Assembly: GCA_012295275.1 (NCBI GenBank) | Contig: CM022671.1 | Coordinates: 10,044,001-10,108,000 of the forward strand | Source of the DNA: Chrysomallon squamiferum | Taxonomy: Eukaryota > Animalia > Mollusca | Reading direction: 5' to 3' | DNA: 64,000 bases | Shown: positions 48,586 through 61,870 of the stretch, piece after piece | Position numbering within the stretch: position 1 is the first letter of the stretch | Layout: every line of letters starts with the position of its first letter | Translations under genes and position numbers: made by a program | The notes under the pieces: generated by a model | Told to the model about the DNA's origin: nothing | Database searches by the model: none | What the model saw: only the letters and a program-made list of their open reading frames with translations

Positions 48586-50771
48586 TAAATAAATAAGTAA
48601 ATAAAGAAATAAATATAAAAAAGAGATGTAGTCCTGAGAGAACATAATGAAATAGTCTTCATTAAATTTTGTTTTTTTTATATCAAAAAAAAAAGACAAA
48701 CATATTTTAATATTTCAATTCTTGATGTCGTATACATTTTTATTAATAAAGCAATATAATCTTACCTTTACATTCTGCAAGATACACATCAATATCAACA
48801 GTCTTGTAGGTTTTAATTATCTGAAAATTATAAATAAAACTGTGAAATATTTACAGTACTGAAAAGCCTAAATTATGGTAACCATGTATTACATAATAAT
48901 ATAGTAAGTTATAACAAGAAATTCTTGCTGTTTGAGGAATTGTATTAATGTTGTTGCATTAAAAGGATTCTGTCAGTAGAAAACAACAGTGTGTGACCAG
49001 TCAGTGCAATCTGTCATAAACACCATACATCGCATTAATAATATTCTATCTGCATCATACAAGAAACACTGGCTCATTGACTGTGAAGTAATTTTTGATT
49101 TCCTATTAACTAGGAGTATACCTCTAACAATATCCTAACTGTAACAGAATCGACATATTGGATGGTTGAGCCATCAAGGATGATTGCATATGTATGATCA
49201 TCTGTCATTTCATCAGCAACCATTTCCAGTTTTTGTTTCTTGAAAACCAGATGGTCTTGAACATGGCCATCGCATGGTAACTCTGCCCAAGTCTCTCCCG
49301 CAGCCAAACATACCTGGGAAAAACAAATGAAGATTATAATGACTATTGCATATTTAATATGAATCATCAAAATTCTGTTTACCTTTATTCACCATTATTG
49401 TTTTTGGTGTTGTTACTGTTACTGTTATTACTTAATCTTTATTTTATTTTGCTTGAAATGCTTGAAATAATGCTAACACATATTCCTCAATTGTTAAAAT
49501 ACTAACATATACTAACCTCATGATGGCGAGCTGTAGCAAAGGCTTGACTTTCATTCTGTCTTTGAAATTTCAGTTCCTTTGGATCTAGACCTGTCTTTTT
49601 AATTAGCATCTGACGAAAATATTCCATGTTTGCAAAATACAGTGGTGCCTCAAACCTAAATATTTTTATACCAGGAATGTCACAAGCCTGTAATTAAAAT
49701 ACTTATTATATGTACCATTGAAAATAATAAATATGTATCAAAGAGATGACGTGTCATATTTCTGAAATCCAGGAAACCACTGTTTATTATTATTGTTGCT
49801 GTTATTAGTCTGTTGTAGGTATTTCTTTATTTGTGCCATTGTCTACATTAATAAAATATCTTATATTCCAGAATTACTTTATATTTAATTACTAAATATT
49901 ACCTCACTATGAATACTTTTGTCCACATATGCTCTTGATCCTGTGATATGACCAAGGAGACTACAATGTGGCCTGAAAAATAAGTAGATATTAACATACC
50001 AAATATGGTCACTAACACACACACACACACACAAACACTCAGACTAATAGTATTTGCATGCATATTTCAAAAATAAAATATACCAAGCAGTATAAATCTT
50101 GTTTCTTTAAATTTACATTCATGAGAGAAAATTATTTCAAACACTGACTGTTAATTCATAAATTTTTAAGGACGTTGTTTACCTCTGAGTTCGGAGCAGG
50201 ATGGGTACTAGGTTATAAATGATTCCAACCAGCAATCCCAGATCAACATCAAGTAAGATTGTAGAGATAAACACAACTAGCCAAACAGTCTACAAAAAAC
50301 ATTCTTTTAATGATAGATCTATACAGATGTCTATAATAATAATTTTACAATTCAGAAACTATCAAACAAACTAAAAAATAACCACCTCTCAAAAAAAAAA
50401 AATGTATAACAATTATAAAATGTTATATGGAATGTTTGCATTTAGTTAATATTTCAGTTTAATTTTAATTTAAATTATAATTTGAATCACTCTAATAGAA
50501 GATATTTTAGAGAAATGGAAACTAGAGTGAAAAATGAAAACAAATTTATAAATTTATGATATAACGATATTATTTATTTCATTAATTATAAATAAATTTG
50601 TATACTCACAAAATCGATCTTCGATACTTTCCATAGCTGTTTCAGTTCTCCAAACTGAAGGAATAGCCCTTTCAAGGCAACTATGATGATTGCTGACAAC
50701 ACGCACTGAAAAATAAATAAAACAGTGAAAATGAAAGAAAAAAATGTGGGATTGAATTGTACACTATTTTA

Positions 50772-50855
<84 letters not shown>

Positions 50856-53800
50856 GGTATTAGATACTTACATTAGGCAGTGTTTGAAAATATGGTCCAA
50901 GAGCCAATAACACAATAAGAACAAGTGAACTTGAAACGAGACTTGAAACCTGAAATGAAATAAGTTTATTTATAATCATAATGAATTAATTTTTTCAAAA
51001 AGTCGTAACTATCTTGCTTTTACAGTAGAACTCTTGATCCTGATCGTGCTATTATTTTTTTTATAAATATGTAGTTTATTCATACATACTATACACACAG
51101 AAACACACACTCATACAAATTATTTACGACCAAATAGATTGATCCACCTGTGTTTTTCCACCCACATCCTCCTGAACGGCACTTCTAGACAACGATGCAG
51201 CACTACAGAAGGAGGAAAATACTGGACCCAGCAGATTACATAAACCATGTGCTATAAGTTCCTTAAAAGAAAAAAGATTTATACATCAAGTACTGAAAAT
51301 ATAAAACTTAGAAAGAAAACTGCTGATTTAAGTATATCAAAATGTATGTATTTTGAATAATATAACCATAAATTTATTTAATTTTTTTTTAATAGTTTTT
51401 TTTTTTTAATTTAACTTTATTTATTATTATTATTTTTTTTTTTTTACTTACAAAAGAAAAATGTCAAACCACTAAATGTGTTATAAAATGTTACAAATAA
51501 ATTCAAAACATCAACAACAACAAAAATAACAACAAACAAAAAACAGAACTAAAGTAATAAACTATATGATCTAAATAGAAATATTATTATCATCATCATT
51601 TTCGTAATTCTTCTGTTATTATTATTATACCTGGTTGGCATCAACTGTATAATCATGTTTATCAGCAAGGATCTTAGCCATGGCAAAAGAGATGGCAAAT
51701 GCTGTAAAGCAGATAGCAAACGCCTCACCGACAAGTTCCGGAGCAAACCGAAGATTTCCTATGTCAACTGATGGCAACCTGAAATAATAAGACAGACACA
51801 TTTAAGTCTAAATAGATCGAAACAACATATATGCATGTGTGAGGGACTGAACTAAAAGCACAGTCTAAAGATACATAAACACCATTGACGTGTGAGGTTT
51901 ATTTCTCCTTGTTTAAACGTAAAACGATTGGGAAATTCCTCGAAAACAAGTGGGACATTAAAATAAGGTAAACACTGTCACTGGTGCTTTCTTAAGGAAC
52001 CCAGGCCAGTAATGGTCTGCCAGTATGGTCAGGGGTGTGAAATGTTGTCTGTGTGACTGTGGTGAAAGAGAGTTCAAGAAAAGGCAGAAAGACGTTTGAC
52101 CCAATTCTCTGCATTATAATTACTATACTTTTATCAGGATATATTCATATTGTATATCATGGTGTATAAATGGGCAAAGGAAATAAAAACATAATCGAAA
52201 TCGAACTTATGTAGTTTTTTTGTGTGAGGGTGGTGTACGCACCCGGCCACACATGTATAACAGAATTAACAATATTTTTAGAGATAAAAACAAACCAAGT
52301 AACTGGATCAAGATATATTTATATTTCATACATGTTTAATTTTATATTCAAATTTCATATATGTTTAATTTTATATTCAAATTTCATATATGTTTAATTT
52401 TATATTCAAATTTCATCTATGAAATTTACCCTCTAGGAATATGTCCAAGAATATCAACGCCAAATTCCTTGTTGATGTCCGCAAAGTATGCAATAATAGT
52501 GGCAGATATCACCTAAGAAATAAAGGTCTAGTTAACAGATTAAAAAAGTTGCATTATTTTGTATTAGCATCACTTCGTAAGGCTAAAATATGCGTTGTCT
52601 CCTTAACATCTACAGCTGATCTCACGGAATAAAATAACTGTTCTTTTGTTTAAAAAGTCCAGTATTAACTTCTAATTTCATTAATCACCTCTGATCTTAG
52701 AACCGTTAATTTAAAACACAAAACACAAGTAGAGAATATCCCTGTTTCTATTCATTCAGCTTTATCTAATATGCTTTATAGGTGTTTGTTTTTTTACCAT
52801 TTTAATATAGCATGAAACTGGTTCATGAGATTGAATCTGAAAGGGTCTGCTGTCTTAAAACTAACATAGATTTTATAGGTATTATATTGAGATGGTTAAT
52901 AAATCTGAAATACACACGACAATGAGTTCTGTAGGGATAGGAACTCGTAGTGTTTTCTTGCAGTCTTTATTGTTGTTGATGCCTTCCTTTACGAGGACTA
53001 ACACCACGATACAGACTATGGTTGCTGTCATGGTAACCCAATTCACATCTGAGAGCTTACTAAAGAAGTCTTTATAGGCCTGTCAATGAAAAAATAAAAA
53101 AATGATTCATGAGTGCTCATAAATATAAAAACAACAAAACCCACTAAAAACAGTCAAAATGTATTTAAATCAATCGGCCATTCAGTGAATAAATAAATAA
53201 AATAAAAATTCTGATGCATCCCTACAGAAAAATAATATGAACCAGAAATAATCCACAGCTTGACAGAATAGATGGCTGTAAACTAATGAATAAAGTATAA
53301 TACAAAACTATATCCTGTGTGATGAGTATAAAATAATACATCTTCAGATATATAATAAAAATTTAAATCGCAGTGAATGAAACCTACAAAACAAATATTT
53401 TAAAAAAATCACTGAAATTCAAAGCTAAATGCTGAATAAGATTATAATAAATGAAAATCTCTGAAGGCTGACATTCAGTTTTATTGCAGTTTACTTACAT
53501 AGACCAATTTGAATGGTCCACTGTAACGACCAATTTTTACTCCAAAAGCAGATTTGATCTGGCTAGAGAAGACGTGAATAGCAGCGCCCGTAGTGAAGCC
53601 ACTTACAAGTGGATCAGAAAGAAAAGTTGTTAAGAAGCCTAAATGAAGTATTCCAAGACCGAGCTGCAATAAAAATTAATATGTTATTTATTTATTAACA
53701 TGTTAAACTCTCAGACGAATTACAGCAATACGAATACTCTTGACTATTTAGTCAATTTCAAATTGCAGTCTAGGCTCTATAATCTTTGGGACCTAGTAAT

Positions 53801-54519
53801 AATAAAAAATAATATTAAAACATTCTATGTTTCGTTAGACATTCGTTTCTTATTTCAGTCTCAGTGTAAGTATCATTACATTATGTATTCAGAAACCATT
53901 ACCTGCATACCACCCACAGCAAAAGTGACAGACATAGCATACGCTACTTTAATAGATTCAAGCTGGATGTCGTGGTATTCTTGTACTGTCATATTGCCTG
54001 GAATAACTGACATCGTCACATTGTGCATTTCAGTCATCTGCTGTCGCCTCCAGGAAACAGTACCTTTGTCTACAACCGCACCTACCATCAAACTGATCAC
54101 AGCAAACGTACCTGTAAAAAATTAAAAATACAATGTTCTGCTGATACCTCCGCTTCCTCTCTCTTCCTCTGACATGAGTGTGTGTTAGTGAGATTATCAA
54201 TACCAATACCAGGTGATTAAATTATACTGAAATTACAATGAACCTTGATTAACTGAAAGATAAAAAAAAATTTAAAAATTACTAGCATTTTATCCATTAC
54301 TATTTATAGGTAATAAGCTTCGTCTCCTTTACCATCAGTACATAATCATCAAGGGAACTTACCTACAGAAATGTGTCTTGACGAGCCAAACAAGAAGTAC
54401 ACAAGAACTGGAAAAAAAGATGTGTACAGACCGTACACAGGAGGCAGCTGAGACAGCAAAGCGTAAGCCATTCCTGAAAACAAGAGTCATGAAGGACGTC
54501 ACAATAAACTTTCCAAGAA

Positions 54520-54565
<46 letters not shown>

Positions 54566-55872
54566 GTTATTTGACAATGGGTTTCTTGGATTAGAAAACA
54601 ATCACAATTGTTTTTTATTAAAGTGTGAAATTGTCAGAGAATATCCTGAGATTATTAAATATAACAGCAAAGGCGAATGTATCGAGAACATTTAAGAAAT
54701 ATTGTATTAACCTTGTGGAATATGCATGATACCAACGGTTAATCCAGCTACGAGATCGTTAGGGAAATCATAAAGAATGCTGTATCCTTTCAGAATCTTG
54801 AGAAACGGGAAAATGTGACTGATGAAGCTTGAACAACAGGAAGACGAGCAATGATATGGTGATAACTTGTCATTCAGTTTTTTCAATGCGTGTTTGATTA
54901 TTTTATTTCTGTTTAAAAACTTGCTCGTCTTCGTCTCTTTGGCTCTAAGTTCATATTGTCTTCGTTGAGGTTTCCAGTTGAGAACTTTCTTTTGGTGTGG
55001 CGAGGCAAGGTCTAGGAGCGAAGGAGCCAGATCTGGTACGTCTTCGTTTTCATTCTCATCCCCTGACAGCGAGCCTTTTGGTAGGCACGGATATAAGTCT
55101 GTGTAAAGCAAAACCAATATATAATGTTGGTTAGAAATTCTTTTAATATACATATAATTAACACGAAATACATGTCAACTTATATACTAACAAATATATA
55201 CATATATACAAAAATACATGCATACATACATACATACATACATACGTACATACATATATATAGATATATAGATAGATAGACAGATAGATAGATTTACACA
55301 CACACACACACACACGCACGCATACACACACACACATATATATTTTTTTTTTTTTTTATTGTAGGGAAGGAGTGTTTTTACAGTTTTTGTTTTTTTTCTA
55401 AATTGTAATGTGTTGTCTTTTACTTTAGTTTACACATACATACAACATTCCCCTCCCAAATCATTTGTTAAAATAAGTCTCCAATTACTCTTGCCGAAGG
55501 CTGTTTAACACTGTTTTATACGACCGACGTAACAGCGACTTCAGACTGCAATGAAACTGTCAAATAATTCACTATCATCATTGTACGTCTAGCTAAACGT
55601 GTCATTCATTTTACGGGGTAAAATTAGTGGTATTTGATTATATACCTAAATCAACTGTCGTTGTAATAAAGAGTGCATTTAACACCTATAAAAATATACA
55701 TATCTCTTTAAATTTTCTTTCTAATAACTGATTTATTTGCATTTTTTCTTTATTTTTATTTTTTTCTTCAAATATTTAAACTTGGATCCAGGCCAACAGA
55801 GTAGTCAACACGCACCACCTGCCATTTATTATTTATTATTGAAGTTTTTGTCGTTATTATTATTATTATTAT

Positions 55873-55905
<33 letters not shown>

Positions 55906-55907
55906 GG

Positions 55908-55956
<49 letters not shown>

Positions 55957-56720
55957 AACAACACTGCTATTATTATTTTTGTTATTATCAATTCGTTTTC
56001 TTTAAGTTTAAGAATTAATATCATTACATTATTTAGGTATTTATTTTTATTCAGTCTTATATCAAGCTCTCTCTTTCTTTAAAACGATTATTTTTAAAAA
56101 TGTCATATTTTATTCTGAATTTTAGATTTCCTGTATTTATAATTATTATACATTTAAACGATACAAAGTAACTAATTATTTCATAAATTTACCGCTTCTT
56201 CTACTGTGTTGTTATTGAATAAAACAGTCATACTTGGAATTAAATCAGCTAACATTAAAGAAAACAACAGTCTTTTAAATTAATTAAAGAAGGTCTAAAC
56301 TAAGCTGAAAGAGACGTGTTTATTGTTATTCTATTTCTAGTCCAAATTTTTAATTTAAAAATACGTTTATACACTTAGCCTAATTATACCCACACATTAA
56401 CATAATTCTTCCCTTTTCAGGTTATTAAAGCGACAATACAATTCTTATACCTGATTAATATATATATAGGTACATGCCATTATGGTTCACAGTCTTTCTG
56501 TCAAGAGACTAACAAGGTTTATTTAAATATAAGTAATCGTAAGCTATAATATTAACAATATGCAACATTCTCTTCTTTGCAATAAACTAGTGAATTTTTT
56601 CAAGATAGCCTTCTCCGAAAAATACATAAAACACATAATAAAAATAATGTCTTTTGTTCTAATAAATATAATGTCAGCTTTGTAACTCTTTCATAAGAAA
56701 TATTTCTTACCTATCGCCAT
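47821..56720 (-). CDS. SLC26/SulP anion transporter with STAS domain (prestin/SLC26A5-like), 18 exons, ~788 aa
   Basis: Exons in transcript order: 56711-56720, 54712-55098, 54363-54473, 53903-54111, 53499-53663, 52918-53079, 52430-52512, 51631-51778, 51148-51261, 50872-50949, 50610-50705, 50183-50289, 49903-49972, 49517-49687, 49122-49313, 48766-48820, 48249-48370, 47821-47907 (2367 nt, ends TGA). Motifs: [81 protein letters not shown]. The 10-nt first exon (MAI) and the last exon are least certain; the exact paralog is not assignable. Confidence 0.92.
50774..50853. repeat. (CT)n microsatellite
   Basis: Seen directly; fills about half of a 166-bp SLC26 intron. Confidence 0.9.
52321..52422. 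repeat. 29-bp tandem repeat, ~3.5 copies
   Basis: AATTTCATATATGTTTAATTTTATATTCA repeated, abutting the SLC26 exon-7 donor at 52429. Confidence 0.85.
55854..55956. repeat. (TTA)n(CTA)n compound microsatellite
   Basis: Seen directly; source of the spurious poly-Leu ORF 55737-56018. Confidence 0.9.
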
Positions 56721-57261
56721 GATTATTTTAATGCCTGTGTAACCTTATGAACAGCACACTAAAGACACGGCTCTAGGAACAAGGTAATTAACATATATAT
56801 TCTTTGTGTAAGTACAATATGATGTCATACCACGAAGAACAATGATGGCCATGTCGGTCTATGATGGATGATAAAACGACTGCTGATTTCCCAAGATCTG
56901 TCAATGTCGCGTCACATTTGACAGGTGAGCCATAAACAGTCTCTGCACTAAGTACAGTATTTTTCTTTAATGCACTTAAAATAACGAAAAATGAACAAGA
57001 AAAAGAAAAAGAAAAAAAAAAAAAAGTAAAATAGAAATAAATAAAATAATAAAGGCTAGTAAACTTCTACTCGGAAATCGTTCTAGAAACTTTATCACTT
57101 TTATCCATTTTTTAACATAATCTACTTTAGATTTAAATATATAAAATTAGAATACAAGCCCTGTTTCAGTTATTCTAGTGGGTTTTTTTTTTAAATATGT
57201 TTGTATGCAAGAAAACAAATAAAATAATAATAAATATATAATATATAATATAAGTATGTAT

Positions 57262-57263
<2 letters not shown>

Positions 57264-57338
<75 letters not shown>
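57264..57338. repeat. (AG)n microsatellite
   Basis: Seen directly; ~540 bp upstream of the SLC26 start codon. Confidence 0.9.
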
Positions 57339-57342
<4 letters not shown>

Positions 57343-57494
57343 GTTATAAGGTTCCCGAACACAAATACACTCTATACAAGTTCACTGCATCCTTCGTCAG
57401 AGTCTATGGATCAAGTAATTATTAACGCTTCTTTTGGTCTGACATGAATATGTATTAGTGTATGTCTACGCTTATTTCTTTAAGCATGGATATA

Positions 57495-58196
57495 CAGTTG
57501 TACCTGATTTAGAGGCCCCCGAGCGGCCACCTACGATGTACGGACACTTCTGAGTCTCGGCTGTTTTTCTTTACATGTGTCCCTCACATCAGCGGGCACC
57601 TATTGAACGCGGACAGGGACAGCATTTTTTAAATTATTATTTCACTGCTAAAGCAGATAGTCAAACCGATTTGGATTTTGTTCTCCAAAATAAATAATTT
57701 TAATGTTCTATGCAGGATATAATGCTTTTGTCGAATCACAAGTACTCGCAAACTTCAACCGATAAACGATTGGTCGCCAAAGCGTGCGAGGTCAATCAAT
57801 TTGTACATGATTTTGTTAATTCAGTCATTCAACATCATTCCATTATTTATATTTTATAAATACTGCGTCTTAACGGACTTTTGTGATGTGGCAGCCAGAC
57901 AGCTATATTTGGGATTCAAACGTAATATATGCTTATTATGTGTTTTATATATTTTATTACATCTATCAGTGAACTCGATATGTTTGCAAATGTGTTTTAA
58001 GGGAAAGACGTGACGCTTGCTATGGCAATGACCGGCCACGACAGTTTAAGTTAGTTGTGGGTAGTGTGTGGTGCATGTGAATAAATTAGTTTTAAAAAAA
58101 ATGATTAAAAAAAAAAAGGGTGTAATTTTTGTCCCTGCAATGTAGGGACACTTTTAGCTCGGCCCCATTGGTTTTCCTACAATACAGGTAGCATTG
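57495..58196. mobile_element. Tc1/mariner-type MITE (~700 bp)
   Basis: Imperfect TIRs TA|CAGTTGTACCTG ... CAGGTAGCATTG|TA with TA duplication; subterminal GCGGCCACCT/CGGACA/GGGACA motifs at both ends; CpG-rich; no real ORF. Confidence 0.7.
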
Positions 58197-59341
58197 TATA
58201 TCTCTTTCTTTATTTTCTACGATCTTTTATTATTATTATTATTATTTTATTTATTATTATTATTTTTTTTTTGTTGGTTGATATGTGAATAGAATTTATT
58301 AAACACTTTATGTTTGTGAATGCTCCTATGTATGTATGTACAACACAGTGCAGTCAACAGCTGCAATAAAAACTACTAAATCATGTTCATATTTTTACAA
58401 CTACAACAATCCACTACGTCTTGAACTGTTAAAACAGATAAATAAACAAAGAAACAAGTAAAAAACAGACAAAAAAAACATATAAAAAAACCCCGAAATC
58501 AAACATAAACACCCAAAACCCAACAACAACAACAAATAAAAAAACCCCACAAATAACACAACAAAAAACTAACAAAAAACAAACAAAAAATAACAACACC
58601 ACCAAAACAAATCATTATGAATGTTCAGTTTTAAAAATCATGAACACGTTAATTTATTTCTAATGCCATTTATTATTATTATTATTTTTTTTTCCATGTT
58701 TAGTTGCAGATTCTCAAAATAATGATGCTCGAGGTAATTAAATACTTTAAGAAAAAATATCTGGACATAAATGTATAATCAATCAAGAATTAATTCCTTT
58801 AAAAAACTAAATTAATTACTGAATAAACAGATTAATTAAATTATTTTACTTATATATTACTGTATTTATTTATTTCATTTTGTTTATAGTTCAATGGTTT
58901 AGATATATGATTCTATTTATTAATTTATCTGTAATCAGCTTTCATCAAAAGAACATTATAAATTAATACATTTAACTATTTCTGAAACAAACCAAAAAAT
59001 ATTAAGTAAATAAGTACACATTTACAAGAGTTAACTGTCCAGATTACCACAGTATCAAAATGTAGCATTTGCGATTCACAACACTCAAATGTTACACAGA
59101 TATGTTTAGTTTACTTTTGTGTGAGAATACGTGAAGACTGATTTCAGAAGAAAATTACAGAAGACTCTTGAACTCTCAAACAAATTTTTATTGGTTTATA
59201 TTTTGGTAATTAATTTTATTACCTAATTATTTTATTTGTTGTTGTTGTTGTTGTTCTTTCTTTCTTTCGATTTCATCACTAATCATCACTAATCTAGTGG
59301 CCAGCATAAAACGAATGTCAGTATGGATTTTCTGATGGTAA

Positions 59342-59379
<38 letters not shown>

Positions 59380-59496
59380 TTTCGCTTTCTTTTTAATCAT
59401 CACTAGTTTTGAGGCTAGTATTTGCTCGTTAATATTAGAAGAAGACAGGTAAATAGAAAAATCACATTAATTTCTTTTACTTTTTAAAACCATATA

Positions 59497-60202
59497 CAGT
59501 ATACCCTCACCTATTCGCGGTTCCCCATTCGCGGCCCCGCATATTCGCGGGTTAGGCTGTTAACCATATCGCATCGTATGCTGGTATACCAGGCTAGCGT
59601 AATAACGTCATAAAAACAAATGTTCGGTAAACCGCACAAACAATATCAAATTTTTTCAATTATTATTGCAATACAGTACGTATTTTTTTTATAAATGCAT
59701 ACACTGTATATACAGTGCATATTTTTTGTGACCGTGTATTAATAATGTTTTTAATTGCATATTATTACCTGAACTGTGCGTACTGTATTTATCTGTCTGT
59801 TTTGCCTTTAAATTTGTTCCACTTTCTGTCAATTCTAATACATATGTTGTACGCATAGAAAATGACTTTACGGTGCAGTAATACTGTATGGGTAACTATG
59901 CTATGCGGTGTTACTGTCCTCATGTACTTACGTTTCTTTCTGATTAAAATATTGTTTCAGTACAAAATTAAAATGTGTTTACATTATCATTACTACATTA
60001 GTGAAATACATAACTGCATGCAATATTACTACATTATTACTGTATTAATGAGTAAGAGTGTCTTTAGAAAGTGTTTGGGAAGCATTTAGTACCGTATATA
60101 ATCTCATAATAGACGTTTTAAAACTGCATCCAATATTCGCGGTTTTTCGCTATTCGCGGGGGGGTAAAGAACGTAACCCCCGCGAATAGCGAGGGAATAC
60201 TG
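59497..60202. mobile_element. Tigger/pogo-like MITE (706 bp)
   Basis: Near-perfect TIRs TA|CAGTATACCCTCACCTATTCGCGG ... CCGCGAATAGCGAGGGAATACTG|TA, TA target duplication, repeated ATTCGCGG subterminal motifs. Confidence 0.88.
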
Positions 60203-60229
60203 TATATTACGGATTATTCATAATACCTA

Positions 60230-61870
60230 ATAATCCCATTTAATGCCAAGAAAATACAACTAGTTGGGTGGTTAGTGGTATATGGTGGTAGGGGAGGTAA
60301 TGGCCAAAGGGAATTAACCCTAGTGAATTGGAGTATGTCAGAAAGGTTATTGCGACCCAGGGGACAAGCCGTGATGGGGGTGGGGTTAGCACACGTTGGG
60401 TAATGCACATTTGCCAAATATAAATTTAGACACGCATTTGGAAAATGTGGAGGGAAACATCCGTTTCTGCAGTGCAGATCATAGGGACAGATCTGATTTA
60501 AATACGATGAGATATTCCCCGATAAACACCAGTATTCTGGCCTAAAAACTACCCCCCCCCCCCAGCAAACTAGCAGCACAGGAATTAATTAAAGGTTTTA
60601 CTGAGGGTTTTAAATTACAATGTCAGTGACCTAGAGTAGGTTCATATGCAAACAATTTAAAAAGTGTAACACTAGTTACACAGGGTCCAGAGATACTTAG
60701 AACAAAAATTAGGCAAAGAGATACTGTTAGCCTTTTTACAGATCGCCCATTTGAACCGTGTGAATATCTCCCCACTAGGATTGGTACCAAAAAATGATGG
60801 AGATTTCAGAGCTATTCACCATTTTTCCTATCCAGACCTAGATTCAGTAAATGATCATATTGATCAAAGTGTTTGTTCTGTACATTATGCCAGTATGGAT
60901 GATGCAGTGCAAAAAATTAAGATATTATAGTATTTCCTGGGGATGTAAATTTGTTAGGATTTAAAATTGATGATCTGTGTTACTATGACAAGTGTTTACC
61001 CATAGGGGCATCATAAATTTGAAATGTTTTCCTCTTTTGTTCAGTGTGAAGTTGAGAGGCAGTGTTTGCATGCAACTATCTGTATGATTTTCTTTTTGGG
61101 GGCAGGGCAGGGTCAAATGAATATCACAAGTTAATGGGAAGTTTTCAGACAGTATGTTGCCAGTTACGGGTTCCCATTGCAGAAGAGAAAATGGTGGGAC
61201 CCAGCATGGTTCGAATTTTTCTCGGTATACATATAGATACATATGATATGTTATTGCACCTACCTTTCAAGAAAAGAAATACTACTTTTAAAACATTGCA
61301 AACACTAATTTGGTCCCTGTATTTTGCCTGCCAAGTAGTTACACCTGGCTGGCTTTTATTAGACATGATGAATGCAATGAGGAGTTACTAAGCCACATCA
61401 CAATATCTGGGTTACACAAAGTATGAAGGCAGATTTCAATGTGTGGTTAGATTTTCTAGACCACTACAGTGGGATTACAATCATACCTGACATGTTCTGA
61501 ACCAGCAATAACTCCTTGGAATTTTATACTGACAGTGTTGATGGGTGGAAAGGGGATTTTTGGAATCTTTTTCTAGGGGGACTGGGCATATGCATCATGG
61601 CCAGAGCCTGGTGCAGTACTGGGTTGAGAAACATCACCTTTCTCAAACTGTTTCCTGTCTTAGTTGCTTTAACTGTTTGGGGGAAAAGGCTCAATAACAA
61701 AAAGATAGTCGTACATTGCCAACGAGACAGTAGTGATTGTAGTCAATAAGAAAACATCAAAGTGTCCTATGGTAATGTCATTATTGAAAAACTTGTTTTA
61801 ATAACTTTAAAACTGAATATTCTGATAAAGGCCGAATGCATACCATACAGACAGAATTTAATAGCAGTTC
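60230..61870 (+). mobile_element. Decayed DIRS-order (tyrosine-recombinase, Ngaro/DIRS-like) retrotransposon: gag Zn-knuckle, RT and RNase H remnants
   Basis: CTFAKYKFRHAFGKCGGKHPFLQC (~60406-60477); SPLGLVPKNDGDFRAIHHFSYPDLDSVNDHIDQSVCSVHYASMDDAV; YYDKCLPIG; YLYDFLFGG...VPIAEEKMVGPS..FLGIHIDT; RNase H EFYTDS...NITFLKLFPVLVALTVWGKRLNNKKIVVHC. Multiple stops and frameshifts. Confidence 0.88.

Noticed and set aside
53700-54125. 141-aa plus-strand ORF and other antisense ORFs over exons (e.g. 21136-21399, 33071-33310, 37822-38013)
   Set aside because: Shadows of real exons on the opposite strand.
55737-56018. Poly-Leu ORF, and similar poly-Y, THTH, SLSL, ERER and IYIY ORFs (e.g. 3027-3419, 28011-28193, 50725-50910, 57147-57447)
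   Set aside because: Translations of microsatellites; no coding signal.
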